Shown here piece by piece: positions 25,808 through 39,439 of a stretch of DNA of 64,000 bases. The notes beneath the pieces were generated by a model. It searched no databases and was not told the origin of the DNA. It was given only the letters and a program-made list of their open reading frames with translations. The stretch is from positions 7,564,001 to 7,628,000 of the forward strand of contig JBHGNT010000013.1 in the NCBI GenBank assembly GCA_043228905.1, written 5' to 3'. Source of the DNA: Azolla caroliniana. Its lineage: Eukaryota; Plantae; Polypodiophyta. Position numbers and translations under genes: made by a program. Every line of letters begins with the position of its first letter. The stretch's first letter is position 1.

Positions 25808-27136
25808 TAACTACATCTAAAACCATAAGGCACTTTTGAGCTTCACGACATTCTTTATCAAACCATGTTTTCCAAAATTTCTTGGTACATTTTTAAGATG
25901 TGTGGTTGGTCGAAAAAAAATTGTTTGTATAGGAGAGAATGACTTTCTTGAAAGCTTCCCATTTGCATTCTAGTGTGGTACCATGTTGTATCTTTGTCAT
26001 TTGCAACATATCCTCAACCATCTTTGAATACATGGGCGCTCACTTATGGTTCATGCTCAAGTGCGATTGTTTATTATCTTCAATAGCCTCTCACAATCAA
26101 ACCTATCTATACACTTGAGGTCAATACATAAAGGCCTATGATCGGATTCCGATGTCCATTCACCAAGTGAGAATTTATGTATATGATCCAAAATACCTTC
26201 GGAAAATAGCGCATAGTCAACCACACTATTTTCGTTGTGTTTTCTACATGTAAAACTATTAGTGTTGGGTCATAAGGAAATACCATTTGCAATAAGCAAT
26301 CTGGTACTATTACACATTTATAGGAGTAACTTCTCAATTTGGTTCGGATCTTTTTCATCGCTAGAAGAACGGTTATACATTTGCATATCCTCTTGCATCC
26401 TTGAGATATGTGGCATGAAAGATTCTCATGAATCAAGCTGGAAACTTCTTGTACAAGCATTCATGTCACCAAAGACAATAACTTTCCCTTTGGATTTGAA
26501 ATAAGCAATATTAGCTTCTAGATTGGCAAAAGGTTGATCTTTATTCAAACAAGCATAAAAGTTAGAATCTTGATGAGGAATGTAACATCCAACAACAAAA
26601 GTGGGCAAATCATTATGTGTTTCTATTTTGAGCCATATGTAGCATTTATGTTCATCATTTTTTACGATTGACACATATTTCTCTATTTCCTTCTTAATCA
26701 AACATGCCACCCCTCCTTATCCTCTTCTTTGTCTTGGATTTTTCTCCCATATCAAAGAGTGTACATTATAGTTTCCTAAAGCTTGAATCCTTTGAGTAGC
26801 ACGCTCTCATGTTTCAACAAGAAGTGTGATATCCGAGTCATTGGTGAACTCCTCTATGCCAAATCTCACATTCCATGGGTATCCATTGCAATTCCAAAAG
26901 CATAGTCGTAAAAGGCGTGGGTTAGTCTAATAGGTCACGTGTCCCAATTTGCCTACATTTCCATCTTTATGCACATCCTTAACCTTATTTTTCAATCTTT
27001 CTTCATATGCTTTACGACGGGCATTTTGTTGTGAGATAGTACGATCTTCACTCACAAAGCATTGTGTATCTTTGAGGTATACCTAACTATTTTCGAGTAT
27101 GTTCCGCCGCTTTGTATCATTTGTCATTGTGCATAC
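25808..27136 (-). mobile_element. 5' portion of the same LINE: APE endonuclease and end of ORF1
   Basis: LCFWNCNG, VVGCYIPHQDS...VIVFGDMNA. Upstream FVSEDRT...RRKAYEER resembles an ORF1 C-terminus. Contiguous with 3845-5806 across the ATCCT TSD. Confidence 0.85.
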
Positions 27137-27377
27137 AGAGAGAGAGAGAGAGAGAGAGATTCTACACCTAGAATAGAAGACTATCTTCGTATTAACAAAA
27201 AAAGCTCACTACAATATGCTCAGAGAGCACCTTTTATACAAATTCCTTATCCCTCTCATAAAGGTAGAGGGCTAACATAAGTACAATTAGTTGGCTCATT
27301 CATGAGCACTAAATTCTAGCCACACTGAATTCTAACTATAATAAAGTCACTAAGTTAGTTGAGCTTGTTATCTTAAT
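27137..27377 (-). repeat. Second half of the copia LTR interrupted by the LINE
   Basis: Starts with (GA)n, resembles the LTR at 2330-2450, and ends GTTGAGCTTGTTATCTTAATA (degenerate GTTGAGCTTGTCTCTCAACA). Confidence 0.65.
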
Positions 27378-28240
27378 AATAGGTGTCAATGTGTTGAAAA
27401 AAAACACAATATTTGGCATCATATGTCTTGCCAAACATCCCATTTAGCATTGTAAAGGGAGGGAGTATGTATGTATTATGTACAAGGAAATTGGGTGGTA
27501 TTTTATGTTCATCTGTTGTCCTTTGTGCAATTTGTACCCCCCCCCCCCCAACATACACACAAACACCCTCATCTTACTTGTAAATGAGATACATTGTATA
27601 GGTGCCTAGATGTTAGGTATATGTATATAAAGAAAAGAAAGTGAGAATACAATTTTGGTGTCAACTAATTGGTTAGTAACGCAAACATGTAGAAACGTAT
27701 TCATAACTGAAACAACTAGAATTAGTTTGATATCACTATCTCATTGATAATATTAATGTTTCATAATGTTGAGGCATAAGGTTCAAATGTTGGCATGATT
27801 TCTCTTCTTAATTTGTTGAGTGAATTTTAGAACCTTAACATTTTTGTAAAAGTAACGTGAAGAAGCAAGTATAAAGACCGAACAGAAGGAAGAAAACTCA
27901 GGTTTAATGGAGAGCTTGAGCTTACGTAGTATACGCGGGAGAGACAGAGAGAGTGAGAGAGAGAGAAAAAACAAGAACTATATTCAAAAAGGTACTCAAT
28001 CTCTATTCACCACACTATATCCTTATGTGTGTTCAATGAACACTTTTATACAAGTCCTAGAAGGACTGACCGAAGTACTGACAGTACTTCAATGCTCATT
28101 AACAGCTCCTACACTAACTCCCAAATATATTCCTCACGGAATATCTTTCCTAACGGCCTCCCGGTTTACGCACCGATCCGGCCCTACCTACGCATCGGTC
28201 TGCGTACCGGTTTACGCATTCGGCCTAACCGATCGGTCCC

Positions 28241-31200
28241 CCAGATCCTTCATGTCGAACGATGCCACAAGCTAGAGCTTCACGCGGTCGATTTCACCGA
28301 GGTCGGCGCCGGTGATGACCAAGTCATCAACATATAGTAAAATACTAACCGGTCCGAGTCGACCTTTCCGGATGAACAGGGAAGAGTCCGATTTTGACGT
28401 GACGAAGCCCATCCGACGCAGTTGTTGCGTGATCTTCGCGTTCCAAGCACGCGGGGCTTGCTTTAGTCCGTAAAGGGACTTCTTCAGTCGGCAAACTGCC
28501 GAGGAGTTCGTTCCAGAGTGAAATCCGGGGGGATGTACCATGTACACCTGTTCCTCAAGGTCACCTTGCAGGAACACATTCTTAACATCCATCTGATGTA
28601 AGTGCCACCCCTTCACCGCAGCTACTGTGAGCAAAACACGGACGGTCGTCATTTTCGCGACCGGCGCAAACGTCTCATCGTAGTCGATGTCGTGTTTCTA
28701 CGCGTAGCCCTTTGCCACTAGCCGAGCCTTGTACCGGTTGACCAAGCCATCAGTGTTGTACTTGACCTTGTACACCCACCTACACCCGATCGGTTTTACC
28801 CCTGTTGGTGCGTCAACCAGGTCCCAGGTCTCGTTCTCCGCCAATGCGTGCATCTCCTCCTCCATCGCAGCACGCCAATTCGCGTCTTTAGCCGCTTCTG
28901 CGTAGCTCTCCGGCTCACGCACTTCCACTACACGGGTCATGTACTCATAATGATGCGCCATGTACTCGTTGTAGCCGAACCGCAAAACTGGGTTCTTCTG
29001 GCGGGTAGATCGGCGTAATCTCACATTAGCCGATGTCGAGGCCTTCTCGATCGACGCGGACTTCACCTTTGAAGACCCGTCACTGGTTCCCTCGGAGTCG
29101 GACTCGCGTCGGTCTGACTCGTTCCTATCCGTGCCGAAATCCGACACCTTCTTCTTCCCTTTCTCTTTGCGCGTAAGCCGTCTCCTCGGCTTCCTGTGCA
29201 GGGAATGCACGGCCGAGTCTCCACTACTCGCCGGCTCTTCATCGAACTAACAATACCGACTCAGTCGTCCAATCGGTCCACTTAATCGGAGTGAAATCGG
29301 ACTCTCTTCGCGGGTCTCGATTCCGGGCTCATCCGGAGGCATCTCGGCCACACTGACCTCATCGTCAGAGCTCGGATTGGAGTCGGGGTTCGGAGTCGGG
29401 GGCTTGTACCAGGACGCGGACTCGTCAAACACAACGTCGCGGCTAACACGCGCCTGTTTGGTGCGAGGGTTATAGCACTTATAACCCTTCTGCTAGTCCG
29501 AGTAACCGACCAAGATGCATTTCTCGGCCTTTGCGTCCAGCTTCCTCCTTTTCTCCTTCGGTACATGCATATACGCAATGCTACCAAACACCCTCAAGTG
29601 TTGCAAGTTCGGCTTCGTTTCGAAATATAGCTCGTGCGCCGACACTTTGTCTCCGATCCGGTTCTGGATGTATACCGCGGTCCTTACCGCCTCGGCCCAG
29701 TAGAACTTGGGCAAGCTCTTCTCCTCCAGCATTGCCCGTGCCGCTTCCACAACTGACCGATTCTTCCTCTCGGCCACGCCGTTCTGCTCCGGCGTGTATC
29801 TACAACTGAATTCATGCCGAATTCCCATTTGTTGTAGATATCCGTTGAATTGACCAGAAAAGTACTCTTTCCCGCCATCCGACCGCAGGCACTTCATCCT
29901 TCGTCCCGTTTCCGTTTCCACGAACCCTTTGAGGCTCCAGAAACAGTCGAAGACTTCGCTCTTCCTCTCAATGAGGTAGATCCACGTGTGCCACGTGTGG
30001 TCATCGATGAAGGAGACGAAATATCGGCTCCCGCCAAGACTAACGTTTTGTGTCGGCCCCCATACATCGGAGTGTATAAGGTCGAGCTTGTTCCGGCTCC
30101 GGTTTCGCTCGTTTGGGAAAGGAAGTCGGTGTTGCTTCCCGAGCTAGCAGGCTTAACAAATTTGTGCCTTTCGGCCACTAAATTTGGGCAATCCGAACAC
30201 TACCTGTTTCGATTGCAAATCTTGAAGCCGCTAGTAGTTGACATGGCCTATCCGCTTGTGCCACAAGTCGATGTCCGACTCAGATTTTTGTCCCTTCGCG
30301 AACATTGCGGTGCCGCCGTCAGTGGAATCAAGGATGAACATCCTCCCGTCTCTGCGCCCTTGCGCAATCACATGACCTTCTTCCTCAATGAAGCACCCGA
30401 GGTGTGTAAACCGAACCTCCATCCCTTGGTCGACGATCTGTCCGACCGAGACCAAGTTCTTCGTGATTGTCAGAACGTGCAGCACGTTCATGAGTTTCCC
30501 TTTCTGCCCGACATGGCTAAGGGGGACTTCTCCGACATTCGCGATCGGATGCGGAGTGTCGTCTCCAGTTGCAACTACTCCAGGTTGTATCGGTTTTTCA
30601 AGGTACGAGAACCACTCCTTATGGCTCGTCATGTGGTTTGACGCGCCGGAGTCTATGTACCACACCTCGTCCGATCTCGGGGTGGTCCGTTTCATTGAGT
30701 TTGCTTCGTGTCTCGTCACGAAGGCAGACCCTTCTCCGGCTCTCCCGGAGTCTTCGGCGTAGTGCGATCGCTGCCGATTTCCCTTGTCGGTATGTCCGGA
30801 GCCGTTTCCAGAACCGGTTCTCTCCGAATCGGCGCGCTTCTTCCAGCACTCACTTTCCCTGTGGCCTTTCTTGCCACAGTACCGGCACTTCGCGATGGCC
30901 TTCCCTTGCCGGTTCTCATCGCTTCGACTCCCCCTGTTTCCGGAGGGTCCGGAGTTGCTGTCGGCATCACTTCGGTGCCTTCTTCCTTGATCTCGTCGGC
31001 CGCCTCCATTACACGCCGACTCGCCTCGTCCTCCACGTCCACGGGGCCTATCTCCCTCCGTGTACAACATTTTGTTGTCGGTGTGCGTGCTTGTAGACGC
31101 ACCCGCGTGGTTCTCCTCTACCAGGAGCATTGACTGTAAGTCGAAAAAGGACGGCGTATTCTCCCGGGTACACACAGCCGTTCGGAATGCTCCGAACTTT

Positions 31201-31673
31201 GACGCCAAACCTCCGAGACAAATCTGGACCATCTTGCTCTCCTCGATGTTCACCTCTATGGAGGCGAGGGAGTCGCAGATATCCTTGATCTTCGAGGTAT
31301 AGACCGCCACCAACAAGTCGCGTTGTCGTAGGTTGCTCAACTCCTGTCGGAGCTAAAGCTTCCTGGCTGTGGTGCTCGCAGCGAAAATCTTCTTCAGATT
31401 TTTCCACGCACCCTTCGGCGTCTTTGCATCCCGAACATAGCTCAATAGTTGTTCGCCCACACACGACGCGAAGCAGTATAATACCCTGCTCGCCGATTGC
31501 TCCCACGACGGGAAGTCTTTGTTTGTCGATTCAGGTGCCGCGTCATTAGCTCCTTCGACGTAGCTCCAGTAGCCGTGCCCGAGCAGGTACTGGTGCATCT
31601 TGTATGACCAAGATGCGTAGTTGGTTCTGTCGAGCTTCTCTGTTGGAAGCGAGCTCGCCATGCCTCTATCCAT
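28241..31673 (-). pseudogene. Copia B gag-pol (gag, zinc knuckle, protease, integrase, partial RT)
   Basis: MDRGMASSLPTEKL gag, CRYCGKKGHRESEC, WYIDSGAS, LRSDGGKEY, EQNGVAERKN, YVDD. Truncated after FDMKDLG. Confidence 0.93.
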
Positions 31674-32542
31674 CGTTCTTCTTGTTCTTCTTCGTCAAGT
31701 TGTGTCGGCTGCAGAGAGCATGGTTGTTAGGTACGTTAGGTACGGTACTGATACCATACGTATTTAACGTATTAATACAGGTATAGTACCTCCCAATTTT
31801 AAAATACGTTAAATACGTTTTTTAGTATGTTAAATACCTATAAAATACATAAAATACGTATAGTACGTTAAATACGTTAAATACTTCTAGAATTTGAAAT
31901 TTATTTACTTTCTTAAAAAATATTTGTAATATTGTAATATTGTAACCGTGTATATGCAATGTAACGAAGCATTCCATGGCTGTAGTTGCATCTTAAAAGT
32001 ACTAAAGGGCAAATCGAGCAAATATGAGAATCAAAAGGATACAAATCAACAAATCAAATAGATATTTGTTAGGTAAAAAAAAACCCAAACTTGTTGGGCA
32101 TTTACAACAACAGCCAAGGCCACGAAGCAAAAACTGTATATCCCTCACATGATTGAGGGAATTCACATGATGAGTCATGACAAGCTAAAATTCTACAAAA
32201 AAAATCGTACTTTTGACAAAAACAACACTTTGACAAGAAGTGCAACATACCTATTGAAGAAAAGACCACATCTTTTGATTTGGAAAAAACCTTCAGAACA
32301 CATAACATCAAATATTTGAGATACACTTACATTGCATTTTGTCAAAGAAATAGAATGCATTGTAGGAACAAAATTTAGAAAAAAACCTTAACAACACATA
32401 ACATCAGATATTTGACTTCTAAGAACACATAACTTGAACTATGTCCAAGACTCCAATGTATCAAAATGGGCTTAGATCAAAGAAAAGTAACATATGGCTA
32501 TTGAGCTTAGTAATAATGTATAGAAAACAGAAATATTAGTCA

Positions 32543-33640
32543 TTAGATCTCGTCCTCATCACAATCACTATCTTCATCATCAGATTCAGTGTTAGTTGAT
32601 GACATCAACATAGGTTCTTCGTCAATAAGATCATCATAATTTGTATGAATTGCTTCTTCTATTCCATTGACATTATCTTGATCATTTGGTGGTAAAGAAG
32701 CAAATGTACTTGATCTTGTTATTCTCCTATTACAAGAAGATCGCTCATCATCTCTTCTTGGCCTCTGCCTCCGTATTCGATCAATAGGGACTCCATCGCT
32801 TGATGTTGTCGTATGTGATCTTGTCATGCTCCTTGTCCTTCTTCTCATGCTCATTGTTTCTTGAAAATAAGTTTCATAGAATTCTCTATCCATATCATTT
32901 TCGTGGCTAATAGATGGAATATCAGGAGTCTTAGAGACATCTATCTCATTTGGATTCACCTGCAAACAAGTTTATAAAAGCTTAACGAAATTTGAGGAAT
33001 GTAAATTATAAGAAGTGAATAAAACAATACCTGCATTGGAGATGCATTCACAGTCTCAAACTTGCGAACTAGCCTTAAGTTCTCTCGCACATATACCAAT
33101 CGTTCAAGTTGTGCTACCTTTAGTCTGTTTCTATTTTTTGTATGTGCGAGAGCATGTGCATTCCAATTCCTTTCTGCTGCCCCAGAAGAGCAATCCTAAT
33201 AGAAAACAAAATATGAAATAAAAGGTAGTACACGAAAGTGCAGTATTTTAGAACCTAACTATAAAATTGATCATTTTTTCCAAACTTGACACTTACTTGG
33301 GATAATATGCGGACAGCTAATGCTTGGAGCTTTGGAGTTCTTCCACCAAAATTTTCCCACCATGTGACTGGCGTCATCATAGATATCTCTTCACGCGCTA
33401 ATGCATAGCTAAATGTCCCTGTACCATTTCGATATTCATGCAATTCATGAAATAAGATATCACATTCAAGTGTTGAGTACAATTTTTCTGTATAGCTCAT
33501 CCATGCATCCATTAACTCGGGGTTAATAAATGTAGCCTCCTCTCTCCACATCGGATGCAGCAAATGAGCTACAAGGTGGATCGGCCTCTTGAACCATTTC
33601 CATCGTATGTCAAATAACTTCAAAACATCTTCATACCTAA
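32543..33640 (-). pseudogene. hAT transposase C-terminal exons (dimerisation domain)
   Basis: RWKWFKRPIHLVAHLLHP...WWENFGGRTPKLQALAVRILSQ, then an ERNW...NRL-like exon and an acidic tail. Confidence 0.8.
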
Positions 33641-34459
33641 AAGGGTTTGTTGAGTATAGAACTACTGAGAAAGCATTAGATTCTTTCGATAAAATGCAAG
33701 TTGATGGAATCTTTCCGGATGCATATACATTGCCCATGTCCTAAAAGTGTGCGGTTTATTAGGGCCTACAGATAAAGGACAATCCATGTATATGGAGGCT
33801 GTATTGAAAGGGTTCTAGCAAGTGCACATTTATTCATACCCATCACATTCAAAAGCAGACAACCAAAACCATGATATTCCAAAAAATGAGTAGTTGTTAA
33901 CAAAAATAAATATGTATTGCAAATGATAAAAAATGGGACATCATTAAAAAAGGACCAAGCACTTTTCCCATGACACGAAATTGAGATCTTCAATGTTTCT
34001 GGAAACCAATGTCATTTATAGTAACATGGAAAGTAAATTAGAATGATCAATTTCTGAAATGAATTCAAATGGGATACAACCACTAAAATCAATAAGCAAA
34101 GGATTAGCTAATGCTACAAATTGTGAAAGATTTTGAACACATTGTCTACATGTATACATACATGTTTGAGTTTCAACACATGGTTCCTATAATATTTGAT
34201 CTCAACACTTGCAAAGAGGAGAGTTTTATTGCATGACATCAATTACAATTGTCTACCAATTTGTTACTTGTATAGATGCATTATTGTGGAATAGATAGAT
34301 TGCTGGACACAAGCATATGTAAACTAGATCAACTAAAAATTAAATCTCCCTTGTCATTTGGTATTATCATACAACTTGATATTGGAATACAACAAAATGG
34401 GAGGTATACTTAATCATAAAAAATAAAAGAAAGAAACATATTCACTAACCTGATTTTAT

Positions 34460-34740
34460 TTTCTTCTTCTTCTTCTTCTTCTTCTTCTTCTTCTTGTTCT
34501 TCTTCTTCTTGTTCTTCTTGTTCTTCTTGTTCTTCTTGTTGTTGTTGTTGTTGTTGTTCTTCTTCTTCTTCTTCTGCTTTTTCTGCTTCTGCTTTTTCTG
34601 CTTCTGCTTTTTCTGCTTCTTCTTCTTCTTCTTCTTCTGCTTCTTCTTCTTCTTCTTCTTCTTCTTCTTCTTCTTCTTCTTCTTCTTCTTCTTCTTCTTC
34701 TTCTTCTTCTTCTTCTTCTTCTTCTTCTTCTTCTTCTTCT
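34460..34740. repeat. (TTC)n microsatellite with TTG/CTG interruptions
   Basis: Directly visible. Confidence 0.98.
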
Positions 34741-37700
34741 AAGTCTATTATGTCCGTCTTCCTTCCTTCCTTCTATTTTACTAAAGTTGTTCTTTTCTTT
34801 TGCTTTCTTTAGGGTTTTACTCACATTTTCTATAAATACGTACTATACGTATTTTTTTAAAGGTACGTTAAATACCGTATTAGACGAATGTATATGACAT
34901 TTGAATGAACAACTTTGATGTATGGTATGTACTATACAAATAAGAAGGTATTATACGTATTGATATGTTAAATACGCGTACGTAAACAACGCTGGCAGAG
35001 AGGTTCTCAACCCTCGCGCTCTGATACCATGTAAAAGTAACGTGCGGAAGCAAGTATAAAGACCAAACAGAAGGAAGAAAACTCAGGTTTAATGGAGAGC
35101 TTGAGCTTACGCAGTATACGCGGGAGAGACAGAGAGAGTGAGAGAGAGAGAAAAAACAAGAACTATATTCAAAAAGGTACTCAATCTCTATTCACCACAC
35201 TATATCCTTATGTGTGTTCAATGAACACTTTTATACAAGTCCTAGAAGGACTGACCGAAGTACTGACAGTACTTCAATGCTCATTAACAGCTCCTACACT
35301 AACTCCCAAATATATTCCTCACGGAATATCTTTCCTAACGGCCTCCCGGTTTACGCACCGATCCGGCCCTACCTACGCATTGGTCTGCGTACCGGTTTAC
35401 ACATTCGGCCTAACCGATCGGTCCCAACCGATCCGGTCCTCGGCTTCTTCAGCAGATCCGACCGATGTTGAGCTTGTCTCTCAACAATTTTGATTATATG
35501 TTTTACTAGGTTTTTGTTTTGAAATGAGTTGATATCAATAACTAATTACGAGTGACATCACAATTTACTAAACATTCTTGCCTTCTTTACATGGGGTTCC
35601 TTAAACCTAGCCACATGCAATGGAAAGTTCTTGATTCATTAACATTTATTTTAATTTTGAAATTTTATTTTATATTAATAATAACTTATTCATTGATGGC
35701 ATCTTGATTTCCTAAACGTCACAGTCTCAATTCTATCAAGGAGTATCCTTTGTTCTACACATGTGTGATGGAGATCTTCAAGGGGTCAACATTATGCCTT
35801 GTACTACACCTAAGAAAGTATGCACAATGTTGCACTAGAAGAATCTCGCAATGCTAGCATCCTAAAACCAATGCACTTTAATTAGAATTTAATTATTTTG
35901 TACTCATGTCGTGATTCATTGTAGCCAATGGCAGTTTTCTGATTCTTCATTCAATATAAGGTCATAGAAAAAGATGGCGGTTACTTAGATTTGCTAAATG
36001 AATAATGGTTGGGCAGATTTTGTAGGTTGTGAAACTTTGAAAATCATACAAACTAAGTCCAACCATTTAACGTTTCCCAATATTAGCTTATTTTTGGCTA
36101 ATATAAGACAATATATTTTCTAAACTTATCATAAATGGGGTGAATCTTTAAAAAATGGTTCTCACGAGAATAGCCAAAAGTTAGACAAATTCCTTGAAAA
36201 TTTGAGCCAATAAGCTATCCAACAATAACCCCTTTCCATGATTAAGATGCTCATGATGTGAGACCCACGTATTGATTGATGCCTTCTTAACTTTTTCAGC
36301 TTTTCATGATAATTTTATTTGAAATGTTCGTTGGAAATAATATTATTGATAATGCACTTCAAAGGCATGTTTCATAGTGTGTTCACTCATCATCAATCTT
36401 TCATATAAGCCAATGGCTCTCTATATAAGCAACAGGGGGTTGTTGGCCCTTCTCTTTAGGTCCAAATATTTTACATTGATCAAAACTAAGGGATTGCAAT
36501 AACCAAGTTTACAACCATGGACAATAACGGATTCACTCCCTTTTCACACATAGCTAACACATTTTTACTCACATGTAACACATTTTTACTATTTTATGAT
36601 TATTCCGAGTTTTAGTTCAAGTGGTAATGAAGACAAAGAAGATTTTGGATGTATCAAACTATATGCACACTCAAAATCTTTAGTTTTTAAGTGCTTGAAT
36701 GACCCTTGTCTTTCACCAAACTACCAAGTTGACGATGATTATCATTCACAAATATTTCAATGATAAACTAAATATCACAAGCATAGAATTGACGTTGACC
36801 ACAATTTGTTGGTTAATCTCTCTCATAAAAAATTTATCCCATTTATTAAGCAATCAAAGTTGATTAAGATCATTAATTCCTCCATTTGCAAGAATAACTC
36901 GTACTCTCACTACCAACATCGGGATGGCAATTTATCTTTGATCCAATATCATCTCCTAAGTCACAAAGCATGTATTATTTGTATTCATTACGATATCTTA
37001 GATAGAAAATAAGAATACTTCAAAAGACCACAAGAACATTGATGAGTACTCATGGGATTCAAATTGCCTCATATCATAGGATCCAAATACAATAATAGAG
37101 CATGATGAGCGGGATAATGATAAAAATACACAAGTGCCTATAATAACAACACGTGTTTGACAATTGTTGGGAGCGAAATGGCACATACGGAAATCTATCT
37201 ATTTGACAAATTTATGGAATCTCGTATGATGACATCTTTAGTAAACAAAGATGCAAAGGAAAGACACAAACATGATTGACATGAGTAGTATATCATGACA
37301 AAGTCATACACGCATAAGAAGTTCCATAATGATGTTGCAGTAGTTGTTCATTATGGTAACAATTCAAATGAACCGAATATATATAGGCACCTGCGTGCGC
37401 ACACACACACACGATGTCAAATTCAATGAATCATATGAAGTAGGTTTACACAAATTTGTGAATTTGGGTTCATGTTTTGTAACCTTTCATTATTCTACTA
37501 GATCATAAAGTTTTATCAATGTGGTACATATCACTTGCTTCTTCACATACATAGGCAAATGTGTAACTTTTTTAGGAGTGGTTTATGGTACATTGTGTGT
37601 GCATGTATGTTCTTATGAAAACTGAACGGACTTGTAAATGTAGCATTTTCTTTACAAAGCAATTGGGTTTCGTATTCTTTATGTCAAAGAAAGCAACATA

Positions 37701-38564
37701 TATATGTGGGGAGTTTATATGTTTCCCATGGGATTAATTTCCTTCATAAATATTTTCACTAACAAGCTCAAAATTTTGACCAATGCCCTTTTTTCCGCAA
37801 TATTGTTTGTATTAAGTCTAATGGACCTCAACAACGAAAAAAGACATAAACATGACTTAGCAAACCTTGAAGTATGTGCTATTATTAAGAAGAATGTACA
37901 TGAAGTTGTTGAGTGGTTACGAATCGAGGTTTCCATATAACAATACTTTGGACTTGGTTTTCCAAGTCTTTTGGTCTAAAACATTTGTACTAACGAATAT
38001 GTATATGATAGGTAAAACGGAGAAAAGGAAAACATATGTATACGCTCTCTGACCACCATATCATTTCATATGCATGGGTAACACAAATGTTACACTCTTG
38101 CTCGTCACTTCACATATAAGATTTGTCTTGAATTTTGTAGTGAATAGAAGATATTACAATAAGTAGAGAGAGCATACACATACATACAACATAACATTTC
38201 CACACACACACACACAAGCAACAAGTGTAATACATACTATCACTATGTATTCCCTTCACATTGTCTGTGTGTGTACATTGTACATACATATTATTTGAAC
38301 AACCGAATTGTCTTCTCCTACACAAAGGTCTTTCTACCGACCATACTTCTCCTAACAGAAAATGATAAGGAACACATATGAGGCCAAAATTCCTTATTCC
38401 ATGAGCTGAAATCAACATGGTTTATGTAGACAATAACTGGCTTATCTAATTAGCCCCCCATTAACCACCCCAAATAAAATATATCGAAGAAAACCTTTAG
38501 TCCACGAACGAGGAGGGATAGGGCAGACGGTAACACCTCTTGACAACAGGGAGGGAGGTATTGT

Positions 38565-38985
38565 GAAGAAGAAGAAGAAGAAGAAGAAGAAGAAGAAGAA
38601 GAAGATGATGATGATGATGATGATGATGACGATGATGGATGACAATCTCCTCTCCTTCCTTGGCTCGTATGTGTCTTGTCTATCTATCTATCTATTGAGA
38701 TAGCCGCACACGATCCACCGGGATCAGTTGCTCACTCTGACCACCGCGACATATATGCATGCCTGCGTGCCTGCGTGCATGTATGTATGTATGCATACAC
38801 ATGTATGTATGTAAATAACCAACCAACCAAACCTAACAAAGAAAGCAAAAACTAATTATATATATAATGTATATATGTACAGAATAGGATGTAGATAAAA
38901 AGACATGGACTCACATACACACACAGAGAAAGAAGACGAAGAAGAATGAGATGGATTAAGGTTTAAGAAGACATGGGTGATCATT

Positions 38986-39020
<35 letters not shown>

Positions 39021-39055
39021 TATCCTTCCACTGATCCAAACCCTAACCCTCCTCT
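38565..39055 (+). promoter_or_regulatory. Upstream/5' region of the kinase gene with (GAA)n(GAT)n, (CT)n and an AAACCCTAA telo-box
   Basis: Microsatellites at 38565-38640 and 38988-39016, telo-box at ~39038, 0.4-0.9 kb upstream of the ATG. Confidence 0.45.
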
Positions 39056-39439
39056 GTCTGTCTGTGTTTCATATCCTTTAACTGATCGAAGCCCTAATTC
39101 CCCTCCCCTGCCTCTTCAACATCAACACAACAACTCCTTCTACTCAACTGGCAAGCTACGGATTTTCACGTTAATAAATTTAATCGTTGTACTCAGAGTG
39201 TAAATTCTATTGGTTGCTATGTTTTTTTGTTTTCCGGCGAGATGGTACAGATCTTTCCGCACTGCCACTGCTACCGCCACAGCCACCATCACTATCATAA
39301 GATATGTTAATCCGCAGTTTGTAGCTCTCCACAGATAATTTGTGTGTGTGAAGAAGTTCTCTGCAAGTGCTATTCGCAGTTAGGTTAGGGTTTAGAGATT
39401 CTGTCACTGTTTTGTACTTTTTTCCAATTCAATTCCCTC

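Larger units (their letters stand above)
31719..34994 (-). mobile_element. hAT DNA transposon deletion derivative
   Basis: 8-bp TSD GCAGAGAG (31711-31718 and 34995-35002). Imperfect TIRs CATGGTTGTT / CAGCGTTGTT. Subterminal ATACGT repeats at both ends. Confidence 0.9.
27845..35486 (-). mobile_element. Ty1/copia element B with an internal deletion and a hAT insertion
   Basis: 5' LTR 35030-35486 and near-identical truncated 3' LTR 27845-28240. TSD ATTTT. PBS TGGTATCAGAGC at 35018-35029. Confidence 0.95.

Noticed and set aside
29850-30641. Long antisense ORFs over copia/gypsy pol (also 17716-18603 and 11754-12323)
   Set aside because: Shadow frames of GC-rich coding sequence with no recognisable motifs.
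34456-34824. Poly-Arg / poly-Phe ORFs
   Set aside because: Translations of the (TTC)n microsatellite.
35490-38400. Hidden gene in the AT-rich spacer upstream of the kinase
   Set aside because: Only short ORFs without motifs, and no consistent exon chain.
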